64,000 nucleotides of DNA from Paragordius varius (taxonomy: Eukaryota; Animalia; Nematomorpha). Positions 40,231 to 53,500 of the stretch are shown piece after piece. A program made the translations under genes and the position numbers. A model generated the notes under the pieces. The model was not told the DNA's origin. It saw only the letters and a program-made list of their open reading frames with translations, and searched no databases. The DNA lies in assembly GCA_964247055.1 (NCBI GenBank), contig OZ176050.1:2356001-2420000 (forward strand). The letters run 5' to 3'. The first letter of the stretch is position 1. Every line of letters starts with the position of its first letter.

Positions 40231-40495
40231 ATGTAGTAATATTTTTTAATGAGCGTTTGGAGTTCACCAAAAAATTTTATATAATAAAATGTGCACAAAT
40301 TTCGCCATTTTCTGATATGAAGCAGTTACCACAAAAGTGGTAATGAATTTACATCAGTCATAAAATCCAATCTATCAGAATATATCACAATATTTATAAA
40401 CCCGTGTGCACTGTGTTTTGTGGTATAAAAAAGTAAATATGACCATCAAAAAGCTATTCTAATATTTCTTATATTTATGTTATCGATGTATTTAG

Positions 40496-40968
40496 CACTT
40501 CATCACCTTTGGTAGTTTTATATCTAGGAGCGATCTGAAATTTAAAATCTTTAAAAGTATTTAACGTATTAAGCCGAATACAAAAAGATATTTTCCTTAG
40601 CTTTTAAGGCGCAAGTTATTGGCGTCTTTTTTCTTTAATTTTTTAAATCTCTGATACAGCAGGCAAATAAATGTATTATAGTTATATGTAAATAATTAAC
40701 TTTAAAAATCTTTCAGGTTGCATTGTACCAGAAAATACTTGTATTGATTCTAAAATCAGGTGTTAATTTTAATCGTGTTTGGGAGCTGTCCCAATTACTG
40801 TAGATACAAAGCTGTAAAAATATAAGCATTTTTATCTAATACAGGAGAACGATATTTTATAATTATTTCTACAATAACTTTCAAAATAGTTGTTTATTAC
40901 TAGGATTGAGCTATAAAAACTACCCGAATATGTCATCGCGGACCAAAAAGTGAAAAGGTCATGAAGTG
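40496..40968 (-). mobile_element. piggyBac-type MITE family F2
   Basis: ttag|CACTTCATCACC ... GGTCATGAAGTG|TTAA terminal inverted repeats. Confidence 0.75.
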
Positions 40969-41056
40969 TTAATATAATTTAGATTTTAGCTGAGGATTTA
41001 AAAAGTTTAGATGACAAACTTTTCCTTATTTTTTTATAAGTATTTTACCTTGTTTA

Positions 41057-42060
41057 CACTTCATTACCTTTTTAACTTTTGTGGCTTTGTAAATAAACTG
41101 CAGTTTTAATTATTCTATTTAAATCAAACATTGTTTGTGGTAGCTTATATTTTTCATATTGTGCTTCTTGAGTATAAAATCAAGCTCCAAAACACGCTTG
41201 AAACGAACATCTGTTATTGAAATCAATATGTATCAAGTTTTTCTGGTAAAATGTTGCCTAAAAGCTTTTTAATTTGTAAAATTGTTTTAAGCATAATATA
41301 TTATAGCTGTTGCATCAGCGATTTAACACTTCGATGCGAATTAGTGTATCTAAATACCCCATATAATATTTAAGTTAATATTTAAAAAAAATAGTCAATG
41401 AAACAATTCCAATTTAAATTTATGCTGCTTTTCTAATATAAAATATATAAATGAGCCAAAACATCTAAAATTTAGTTTTAAAAAAAATTCGTATCAAACT
41501 ACTTGGATGATTTTTATTTTACACTATTTTTGCAAAATATCGTGTTTATTTGATTCAAAGCTTAATATCAAGTTTATTCTTTTTATTAAAATCGCATTCA
41601 ACATTTATAAAAGCAGAAAGTGCTATATTTTGCATTTAATTAGCTAATGCTCACGTGTCATGTTGGCTAACTTTTTACCTTTAGCTTTTACCTCTAAATA
41701 AGTAATATCAAGTATTTTTGTATGAATTTTTTTTTATATTTCGGTTGTTATGTAGGTAACTATTGCATGGTTTCCATGTTTTTTGAAATATATTATTTTA
41801 TACAAGCCTTGGGTACCTATCTACCCCAATTCGAATCTAACTGAAATGAATGTGTTGTATCAAAGTGTTAAAAAATTATAGAAAAAAATGGCATCAAAAA
41901 AGTTTGAGATTAGGATTTGTTTATTTAACATTTTTTTAAAAAAAGGTATATCGCCTGAAAGGCGAAAGAAAGCATATTTTTAATAACAGCTTAATGGCTT
42001 AAATATTTTTTAAATTTAAAATCGTTCTGGGATATAAAACTACCCCAAATAGTTATTATA
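41057..42060 (+). mobile_element. F2 MITE (41057-41322 + 41872-42060) with an inserted F1 MITE (41327-41867, minus orientation)
   Basis: The F1 copy is bounded by perfect TTAA at 41323-41326 and 41868-41871. The flanks rejoin into an F2 copy matching 23040-23572. Confidence 0.75.
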
Positions 42061-42356
42061 ATAAGTTTTTTAAGATGGTAGCATATAGACAAGATTTACA
42101 AACAAAATTATCTTGATAAAATGTATCAGGATTATCATAGTGCTTTTGATTTTGACGCTTCGGGTGATTTAAGAAAGTTATTTACACTTTTGTGGTTAGT
42201 GCTCCCATTTTTTGAATAAAATATTTATGGTGAAAGATTAATGATTTATTACAAAAATGTCAATACCAACTACATATAAAAGCAAAGCAAAAATTCCAAA
42301 AATTATTTTTAGAAAACAAATTTTCATGCCCTTTAGAATCGGGCTAGGTGTCTTAA

Positions 42357-42838
42357 CAATTCCCATTAGGTATCGAGGGACCCCAGACTAAATTGTTGAT
42401 ATTTTTAATAAACTGCCAAAAGAAACGGTTCCAATTTTCATTTATGCTTCTATTCTAATAAAATTATATAAAAAGGCCAAAATATTAAATATCTTTTTTA
42501 AAAAAAAGTTCCAACATTTTAGCAAAATATCCTTTTATATGATTTTAATGCTAAAGTTAAGCTAATTATTAATTTAAATCACATTTAATATTTATATAAA
42601 TAGAAAAAGTGGTTTATTAAAATTTTATTCTATTTAACTAATGCGCACATGCCATGTTAACTAAATTTTTACATTGAGGTTTATCCTTAAAATATTAATT
42701 TTTTTAATATTCGCTGCATCAATGTTATATAAATGCAACCTTTGCAATAGTTTTTGTTACATATTCTTACAAAAAAAGACCTAGGCTCCTCAACCCCATT
42801 AGAATCAGACGACTAAAATGAATGTGTTGTCCCAAGTG
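42357..42838 (-). mobile_element. piggyBac-type MITE family F1 (diverged copy)
   Basis: Ends AATGAATGTGTTGTCCCAAGTG|TTAA; internal blocks match 1778-2351. Confidence 0.65.
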
Positions 42839-43264
42839 TTAAAAAAAACCTAAAAATGCCCGATAAAAATTTTAATATTTGCTATTTAAAATCCACTAAA
42901 AATATTTTTTAAAAATGCCTACATTTTTATAAATTAAGCCTTTAGCATGAATTTGTTGAAGAATACTTCATACTATATTGAGACATGAGAAGTGGAATAA
43001 AAACGCGCTAAAATGTTATAAATACTCTTCTTCTAATTTAGGAAGCTGAGCATTAACCCCTCAGAAATTTAATATATTGGTTTGATTTTAATTTATATAT
43101 TAAATATAAATTGTATCTCTTGTTAGCACCAAAATTTTAAACCAAACGCCTCAAACCATAGTTCCGAAGCGGGAAACTAACCCATATTAGAAGAGTGAAA
43201 GAAGACTTTCGGAGCCAACATCTAAAAATTAATATATTTTAATAATATTGTTTTGCTCTTTCAA

Positions 43265-43819
43265 CACTTGGATACAACACATTCATTTTAGTCCTTCGAT
43301 TCAAATTGGGGTAGTTAAATACCCCAGGCCTGTTTAAAATTAAATTCTTTAGAAAATATGGAAGGAATCGAAACCATGGCAAAATTTTGCACTTATATGA
43401 CATTAATAAACCGAAATAGATAAAAAACTTTATTCAAAAATACTTGAGATAAAACCGAAAGGTAAAAATTTACTCAACCTGACATGTGTGCAATGGTAAA
43501 ATTGAAAAATAAAACAAAATAAACCACTTTTTATATTTCTATCAATGTTAGATTAAATTATATAAAAAATAGAATTAATTCGACCCTTAAAATTAAATGA
43601 AAACGATATTTTGCAATTTTGTTAAGTAAAAATGGCGCCGAAGTAGTTTGACATGGATTTTTTTCAAAGCAATATTTCATTTGGATTTAACATATTTATA
43701 TAATATTTAATAGGATAAAAGCATAAATTTAAATTAGGACTGTTTTCTTCAGTAGTTTTTTAAAAATCCTAACTCAAATTTAGTCTAGGGTTTTAGATAC
43801 CCCAATTTGAATCTAAATG
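43265..43819 (+). mobile_element. piggyBac-type MITE family F1, complete copy
   Basis: tcaa|CACTTGGATACAACACATTCATTTTAGTCCTTCGATTCAAATTGGGGTAG ... GATACCCCAATTTGAATCTAAATG|TTAA. Confidence 0.8.
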
Positions 43820-45218
43820 TTAAAAATATTTGGCTCCATGCGCACTAATTTGCAATTATTTTGATGTGGAGCCATCACGGGAGCGTAAGTTTTAAGCCTC
43901 AAAGAAAGTATCTAAAAAATTAATATAAAGTTTATTTTCATGTGTACTCTGTAAATAAAAAAAGAACATAGATAAAATTTAATATTTAACATTTAAAAAC
44001 TTTAGCTTATTAGGATATTCATATGATCGCGAAGGTAAAATTTGAAATTATTTTTTTACTTAAAAGTAAATGTAAGAGCTATTTAAAACTTATTTAACAA
44101 ATTTTAAATCTTATTATGTAAAAATCAAAACTTGTACTTAAGTGGGAAGTACATTTTTAATCAAATTCGTGCGACTACTGACTGCTTTTGCATATTTCGA
44201 CAATATTAAACTAATTCACTTGTTTTAGGCATATGTTGTATATCAAAATTAACAGATTAGTATCTCATTTAAAACCGAATTTTTAAGATTAATACAAAAT
44301 TTATATTAAAAACTATAATTATAGGTTTTTATAGCAATGTTTTACTATCTATAAAAATTAATTTATAAATGAAACTTATCGAGTATTATTATAGGACCAT
44401 ATTAATTTTGATTTTTAAACTGGGACTTGAAGATATTATCCTGTTTTATAAGGGTATTAATTTAAATGAAAATTTCAAATAAAATGATTATCAAAAATTC
44501 AAATCTCAAAGTCAATTTAACATTCAATAAGCTTTTGTTGTCAATAGTATATATATATCATTGTTAATAACTTCCTGACTTTTATCATTTTAGCCGGAAA
44601 AAGCCAAACCTCTATCAAACGGATGTTATTTCTGATATTCTTACCATTAATAATTTGATTAGTGCTATTCTGTTTTTTCTTTCCTCTTCATGTGACACCA
44701 TACGCACACACGTTTTTCTACAAAAAAAAACTAACTAAAAGTCCACAAAAGCGAAAGAGTTTGTCACCTCTGCCAAAGACAAAAGTACAAATAATCAATA
44801 AAACAACAGGCCAGTCTTTTTTCATCTGCCTTTTTTCTCAAAAAATACTTGCGCCATCATTCCTAAATTTTTCAGCAAAGGTCCGTCAAAAAAACATTTT
44901 TATTTTTTTTGATATTTAATTCGTTATAATTATTGTATTTCAAACCTCTATCCTACAATAATAATTTGTATGGCTTCAACAACAGCATATTTTATAATAC
45001 CACGCTTCGCCCTAAATTAAAAAAGCATATATATAAATCCTGTTTTAATTAATTTTTCTTTTTACATTTTTTTCCAATTTTCATACATTTTTTCCCAATA
45101 CTAAAAATTGAAAAACATCCCTACATTCCGGAAATGCCATTTTAATACCCGATAGGAATTCGCTAAAAATATAATTTTTATATTGATTTAAAATAAAAAA
45201 ACAAAAATACACTAACAA

Positions 45219-48200
45219 ATGGGTAACAAATTTTCCAAGAAAAATAAATTGACGGCGGATGAGATTGCTTTTTTGAAGTCAAACACAACCTTCACCGAAG
45301 AACAAATCAAGGAATGGCACAAAGGATTTTATGTAAGTGGACTTTGAAAAAAAAGATTTTAAAAAATAGATTGATTAATTGATTTCAAATTGAAAAATAA
45401 TTTTTATTCTTTGACTGTAATTGCATTTTTGAGATTTAATTTTAATAATGATTGCTTTCATATATGCAATACATATTTATATATATATAATTAATATTTT
45501 TTGCATTTTCCTATTATCATATATTATATTAATGGTGTGGTATGTTTTAAGGTCTGTTTTGTGTGCATATGAACAATACAATAAATTTTAACTAAAATTT
45601 AAAAATAGGAGAAAAATGCTCTTTTTTTGTGTGTGCTCTGTTAAATAAAAATCAATAAAACATAATTTATTTCTATACATTTACTATTTTTAACAATTTA
45701 TTAAACAAATTATTTTTTGAACCAAAAAAAGCAACCTAAGAGAGCTTAATTTTGCTAATAATATCCTATTATATATAACTCATTAATACTACTATTTTTA
45801 ATTTTTAACGTAGATTTTTAAAAATAACTTTTAAAATTTTTTTGCCTCTTTCTAACATTAAATAATAAATTCAAGGATGCAAGAGAAAAATTATTGCAGC
45901 ATATATTGTATTAATACAGAGATATGACAAATATAATTTAATTTATATGAATTCCCAAATGACCAATGTAGAACAGAAAAATATATTACTTTTGATATCC
46001 ATGTATAGTAGTTTTTTTTGTTCCTGTATAAAAAGTTTTATTTTATTGTCGTTCCCATAATTATTATTTTTTCGAATCATATTGTTTGTGAGGAATATAG
46101 AGGAACTTTAGCTGATAAAATATCTCGAGATTTAATTTTAAATTTGAATTTAAGTTGGTTTTTATTGTCTCATGCAATGGAAAAGCCTTAAAACATTACA
46201 TATCAATGTTAAGTCCCCCAAATCTACCTATTATATTGTTAATTTTTTGTAGAGTTTCAAATTCATAAATTTTGTTTTTCAGTTATAATTAAAAAATGAT
46301 GGTGTACTTCTGGTTTTTGTCAATATATAAGCATAATTATCTTTTTATTGAAATGTCTCTCAGCTGATCTTAATTTCCAATTCTCACCTCTGTTTTACAA
46401 AATACTAAGTTAATTATATAACGGAAGGAATATATTGAAATGTGTTACATAACATATAATTATTTTTTGATTTCGGCATATTTTTTTGCAATTACCATAG
46501 GATTATGTAATCAACGACTGAATACTATATATTTATTTCTAATTTTGACTAATTACTAGCCTGTTTTATAATTATGTAGTATATTTAATTAATTTGCAAA
46601 CACAGAGATTTCACAGGCAGGTAAAAGAGAAATCTAAAAACACATTATATTAGTTCAAATGTCAAAATATTATTGAATAGATATATTGGCTAAATTGGTA
46701 TTTAAAAAAGCAAAAACTGCGATTAAAAAAAGTTGGAAATTATTATTAACTGCGATATTCGCTTTTAAGATTATTTTAAAATTTCTCTAACTTAATAGTT
46801 TATTCATTGTTTTATTATAGCAAGATTGTCCCAAAGGTTGCTTGAGTCGCGAAAAATTTATTGAAGTGTACAAACAATTCTTCCCTTCAGGCCACGCTGA
46901 AGAGTTTTGTGATCACGTTTTCCGAACCTTTGACACAGATAACAGTGGAACCATTGATTTCCAGGAGTTTCTGTTAGCCATCAATGTTACGTCTTCAGGC
47001 AGTCCGGAGCAAAAACTTAAATGGGCCTTTCGAATGTACGATATTGATTCAAATGGTACCATTGAATTGTTTGAAATGGTCAAAATTATTGAGGTTTGTT
47101 CCATTTTTTGATTTTAAATTATAGTTAGGAATCTGAAAAGATAAAAAATTGACTTTATACGTTTCAAAATTATACCCTCTATTTTTATCTTTACATTCAC
47201 TAAAAATATGGTTAGCAATTTGACAAGATGTAATATTGAATTCATACGTTTAATATGTATAATTATTAATTCCACTCTATTTTTATTTTTAATTAAACGC
47301 TAAATGAATTATATATAGGTTATTATGTTGCGCGCTATCTAATGCTTTATAATTAAATATTAGAAAATTTTATTGACATTTTTGTTTCTTCATAGAACGG
47401 CGTATAAAAAGGCAGCCTAAAAAATATTAATAAATATTTTAAGGACCCTTTCTGATCTCAGTTGAAATTTGTATAACATTTTGTGTTTTATGAAAAAAAT
47501 TGCGTCAAAGGTCAGAATTGTATTTAAATTATTCTTTTGAGCGTAAATTAGACATGGAATGTTTTCAATTAGTGTTAGCTAATTAGTTTTATTAATGAGT
47601 GATTTATGGTAGTTTGTGGAAAATAATTAATAATGATTAATTTTGAGCAAACAAATTACCAAAGTATTTGGCTGTTTGCTTATAAGTCTTTATGAAGGCT
47701 AACTAATATGTTAAAGATTACCTAATCTATAATCTTGCTTCAAGGTTATTTCTGATTATATATATGAGATGGCGAACAAAATGTTGTTTTGCGACAATTA
47801 ATTACATATTTTGAGCCTAGTTTAGCCATAATATATTGACTTTTTACATGCTAAGCCTAGGTAATATGTAGCAAAGCAGCAATTAACTGGTAATTTTGTA
47901 TTATTATTAAACAAAATTTTACAAACAAAAAACTTAGTTTTAACCTTAATGTTAGCATAAGAACTAGGATTTCATATTGAATAATTTAAACAACTATGTT
48001 AAAATTTAAATAAAAGGATAATCCTCCCTTTATACACAAACGGGCCGGATAATTGATATATTTTCACTTTTTAACTGCACCCTTGTATACTTTAAAGAAC
48101 CGCTAATTACAGCAAGCTTTTGTATGTTTCGTAGTTTGGAGTGTTTATTCTTTAATAAAAAATTTAATCGGTATATATATATATAATTACATATTTTATA

Positions 48201-48509
48201 AATTGATTGAGTTTAATGAAATTTTATTTTACACATAATAAAGTGTTTTTGTTTAGTTATTATACTATTGTAGAATATATATAAACATAGTTATTAAATT
48301 AATTCAATCTCTATCAATCTATCTTTCTATAGGCAATATACGAAATGTTGGGACCAGAAATGGACAAAACCACGGAAAGCCCCGAGGAGAGAGCCAAAAA
48401 AATATTCTCTAAAATGGATGCAAACAATGACGGTTTATTAACTGAAGAGGAATTTATCAAGGGATGTTTACAGGATGAGGAGTTATTCAAGATACTAGCT
48501 CATGAATAA
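45219..48509 (+). CDS. ncs-2: Neuronal calcium sensor 2-like EF-hand protein (recoverin/NCS family), 187 aa, 3 exons
   Basis: Exons 45219-45332 (MGNKFSKK...EWHKGFY), 46821-47093 (QDCPKG...[14 protein letters not shown]...[13 protein letters not shown]) and 48333-48509 (AIYEMLGP...[14 protein letters not shown]...ILAHE*), all phase-0 GT-AG joins. N-myristoylation Gly2 and a CPxG motif in EF1 are present. Closely resembles C. elegans NCS-2 as I remember it. Confidence 0.93.
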
Positions 48510-50501
48510 AGTTAACTAAAAAACGCCTCAAAAATATTTTGATTGTCAAGAAAGTTACAAAATTTTTATTTAAAACTGTCTTAAAGGCACTGAAAATCTC
48601 TGTTTTTTTCATGCATTCCCAACCTTTTTAATAGCAAGCAAATGTCCGTTCAAATTTAATTATATTCAAACAACTGATACCTTTAATATATTGTTTTATA
48701 GACGAACCCAAATCTCATTTAGACACCAAAAAATAACTATAAAGATTAAACATAAACCTGAATGTACATGTATTTATAACATTTTAAAATCTCTTAACTT
48801 AAATCATAGATATTTCCCTATTTATTGTGTAATTTTGCTACATCAACTAATAGACCAAACATATTAATGTATTTCTTATCGAGCTTACCAAAATAGATTA
48901 ACTTTATATAAAAAATCAAACGATTGACCTTTGCTATATATCTATTTATGTATAATAAAGAAATATTCAAGCAAAATTTTGTAGAAACTTTATTGATTTC
49001 TTAATCCTATGGTAACACATATATTTTGGTTGACAATAAAACGTGAAAATTTACTTATTTATCTGTGTTTATGTTAACAACTAGCAAAAATCCATTTTTT
49101 AATTATGCTATTATTATCTCTTTTTGGAATTATGTGGTCGCTCCTATATTAACATATTAATGAGGATTTAGCCTTTTTACGTCTAGGTTATGAATCAATA
49201 TCCCAAATTTTTTTAATTTTGCGACAACTTTAGGTCTATAAAAACTTTTAAATTGTATTAACATGTAAAAATAAGTCACACATCTACTTTATAGAAGGGA
49301 TATCATGTTTTTCGCACAAAACCTAAACACACTGTATCAAAATTGGTGTTTCTTATTATATAATTTATGTATTTATATTTACATCTCCACATAATGTTTT
49401 TCTATAGTACATATCTTTCATATATTCTGAATTTATTAAAGGACTTAAACGCTATAAACATAAAATTTTGATTTTGAATGATATGTCTATCTTACTCCAT
49501 ATATTATATCATTCATTATTTTGGATATAATCTCATGTAAAAGAATTGTTTAATACATATATTTATTTTATTTTTTAATATATATATATATTCCTATTGA
49601 ATATGATTGTGATACACATTATAAAATTTGAATAAATCTTATAAAAATGTAATTGGCTCTATAAATGTTGGTATTGTTTTTGCATAATATTGTTGAGACA
49701 AATAAATTTGGTGATGTCACTTTTTTAAAAACAGAATAAACTTTACTTTTGATGGTAATTGGAGTTTTCTATAAACAATGATCTAGAAAATTCATATAAT
49801 TTCTCTAGATTACCGGTTTTTAGCATTATTTATCATATTTACGGCTTTAAAATCAATTTTTGGGATACCACCACACATTTCATTTATTTATATTTGTTAC
49901 ATACGTTTTTTAAGTTTGTTATATGAAAAATTTGGGGTGTAGACGGCAACAAAATAGCTAACCAACCCAAATTTTGCTTATTAAGACATTTTTAAATTAT
50001 TCAATAGAGCGACAGGCATTTTTCGGTCCGAAAAATGATTATTCTTTTATTAGAACTCTCTTTTTAGATTATTCATGAGAAATTTCGTAACATATCTCTA
50101 GCACGAAATAATAATCATGGCATCTATTAAATTTGTACAAAATTTTGCTTGGTCGAGAATTTTTTTCTTAAAATAATCCATTTTTTAAGATTTTATGTTT
50201 CTGCTATCATTATATGATTTTTCTGATTCCCTTATGATATTAATGGGCCTTTACACAAAGGGAATCTTAATTTAAAGTAAAAGTGTATGCTCTATAAATA
50301 TTAATTTTAAGTTATTCAATTTATTGTATATTAAATAAAATATAAAATATAAAAATATAGCATAGTTCACACGGATAACATTATTTGCGGAATTGGAGGG
50401 TGACTAAGTTAGGCCATTGAGGTGTATAATAATATCATGTGGCATAAAAAATCATTTTTAGAATTTATATTTAAAAAAAATATTTTTTAAAAAAAAGAAT
50501 C

Positions 50502-53500
50502 CTATTTTTTCCATTTTCGAAACCATTTTTCATTCTTGGCATAATTGGAACTGAATTGACGCGATTGTGAGGAACTTTGCTGGTTTGAAGAAAATTTTTC
50601 TGTTCCGTCTTTTATCTTACGTTGACCTGATCTTGATTGAGAATCTGCATTTTTGTGTCCTATTTTTGGATTTACAGTAAAAATTGAAATTATACAAATA
50701 AAACGTAAAAACTAAAAGACAAATATTCTTTTAAAAAACAACCATACTTTTTTTAACCTTGATGTTTCCTACATAAACAGTATGAAAACTTTTTTAAAAC
50801 ATATAAATAAATGAGTGTGTTACCGAACATCTTTATTCCTTACTAGCGTAAATCTCGTGCTGCTACGCAGCCCGAGGACTTCGGAATTCTGGGGGGGGAG
50901 GCTATTTGAAAAAAGGGACACTAAAATGATCCACATATGTGAATTATTTCGAAACATAAATAGCTATGATCTCATAGGAATTTCAAAACGGTGCATTCAT
51001 ACTAATATATTGTTTACTTGGGCGAAAAATAGATTCAAAAAATTATTTTTGTGGACTTTGTTTTTTTAAAAAATGGCATTTTACGGGGGGAGCGGGTAAA
51101 AAGAGGGCGGCCTAAATTAAAAAAGCGAGCCGACTATGTTCGGCGCAATCGAAAATAAATAAACAAAAATCATATTTGAAACTGAATGGTCCAACACATT
51201 CTCCGGGAAATTGTCTCAAAGACACGATTAGGGACTTATGTTTTCGAAAAAAACCCATTTTTTACACGGGGTGGACCCGAACTGGGGACCTATATCAAAA
51301 AAAAGGGCGATACTGTCGGGGCATTCATTAATGATTATATTTTTTCAATATTTGGATTTGATTGGGTCCACCGGTTTTCCGGAAACAGATCACAAAGTTA
51401 CATGACAAATCAGTTTTTAGCGGCTAGCTCCCTACCCAGCAGCTATCATCAAAGATACGCTTGACTAATATTTTTGCCTTTTAACAGGGAATACATAGAA
51501 TTCTTAATGAATTTTTACGGTCTCATACCTAGCGAAAAATAGATTTAAAAAAAATATTTTTGTCGAGTTTGTTTTTTGAAAAAAATGGCATTTTACAGGG
51601 GAACAGGTAAAAAGAGGACCTAAATTAAAAAAGCGAGCCGACTATGTTCGGCGCAATCAAAAATAATTAAACAAAAATCATATTTGAAAATAAATGGTCC
51701 AACACGTTCTTCGGTAAATTGTCTCAAAGACACGATTAGGGACTTCTGTTTTCGAAAAAAAACCGTTTTTTACACGGGTTGGGCCCGAACTGGGCCTATT
51801 TCAAAAAACGAGCGAAGCTATTGTCGGGGCATTCATTAATCTATTTTTTCGATATTTGAATTTGAATGGGTCTACCGGTTTTCTGGTACCAGTTCACAAA
51901 GCCAGCATTTTCCATTTTTATAAATATATAGATTAGGCAAGCAACACAAACGATTATATGTTTATCTTTTTGAAAAAATATTTGTCTTTTAATTTTTACG
52001 TTATGACCGTATATTTCCAATTTTTAGTGTTAATTTTTGGATCTTTAAGCTATCCATCAAAAATTTTTATTAAAAAGGATTTTGTATTAAGTATATTTCA
52101 TAAAAACTGCACCATTGATTAATTAACTACCAAAAGCTTCATAAGTTTGATTCTTATAAATCAATTTTGTGAGTTTAATTCACTTGTAATACAAAATTTA
52201 ATCAACGAAGCACAAATTATTTAATAAATTTACTACTAACTTGTGCGAAATATTGGTTATGTGCCTTACGACTGCCATATTTTAAACGCAGAGACAGATT
52301 TATTAAATATAATTTATCTTTTTTTTGCTCCTATATTAGTTTTGCGTGACACTTTTATAAATATGACACAAATGTTTGCGGATTTTGACGCAATATAAAA
52401 TAAAAATCGATATATGTTTTTTGAGTCTAATCAACACTTAAATTAATTTACTGGGGGTAGGAAAGCGTTACAATTGTCAAACAAATAAGTATAGTTCGAA
52501 TAGCCATAACTACCAAAGGTTAATCTGTTAAGTATAAAAATATAACAAGATACAGGGACACTCTACCAAGATAAAATTTAAGGCAAGTCATCAACTTGTT
52601 ATGTAATATGTAATTAAATAAAGACTTAAATGATTATTGTTTAGCTTCACATAGTTTATGGAATGAAAAGATACAGCAAAATATTCGTTAAAAAAATGCA
52701 CAATAATTTTAATGTTGAATTTTGGGAAAAATTGATAAATCGCAAAATTTCCATATATAGTAGTATCAGGTATAAAAAATATGTTTTTTATAATATATAA
52801 AAAAATATTATTCATCGGCTTCTACACGTTTGGCCCATCTCCCAGGTAAATGAATGCTTTGCCAGAAAAACTAATTGTTTTACCAATGTCTTCGATATTG
52901 CGAAAAAATATTTCAATTTGCTTTTCACTGATTTTGCTGGATGCAGATCATTGTCATGTAGCAAAATCACTTTGCCATCTTTTCTGGCCCATTTGTTTAT
53001 TTAGATTGATGCATGGTTTAAATATTATTATTGGTCGGTGATAGCGTTGTGTGTTAAAACTTTCACACGGTTGTTTCAAAAGTTCATAATACACAAAACC
53101 GCTCTGCTCCTACCAGGCACAGAGCATGGTATTCTTGCAGAAGCGAGATGGCCAGTTGATGGACTGGTTTGGCAAGATGAAAGCTACTATTTTTTCCGCT
53201 TTGGGTTTAACAAAGCCACTTCTCATAACCCGCCATATTTCGATACAAAAATGGTCCTTCGTGACGTTAAAGCAGGACTTTACATGTCACTCTGCGATTT
53301 TCGATTTGACATTTATTCGAATTAAGTGATACCGAGTTTGTTGGTCCTATAGCTGGTACTGATTGTTTTTTGTTATACATGTGATTCTTCCGTCAATTGC
53401 TGTTGAATTTGAGTTGAGTCATCATCCAATAAATCTTGCACTTGATCTTCGCAGTTATGTTTACCAGAGCGCCTACTGTCTCTCATATTGGAAGACTTTT

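Noticed and set aside
50502-50530. KWFRKWKK as a homeodomain helix-3 remnant
   Set aside because: It lacks the invariant WFxNRR core and the rest of the homeodomain; only the charge and Trp pattern is similar.
50815-51464. ORFs 50815-51069 and 51186-51464
   Set aside because: They lie in the tandem units of the Helitron-like element and the frame is not preserved in the second unit.
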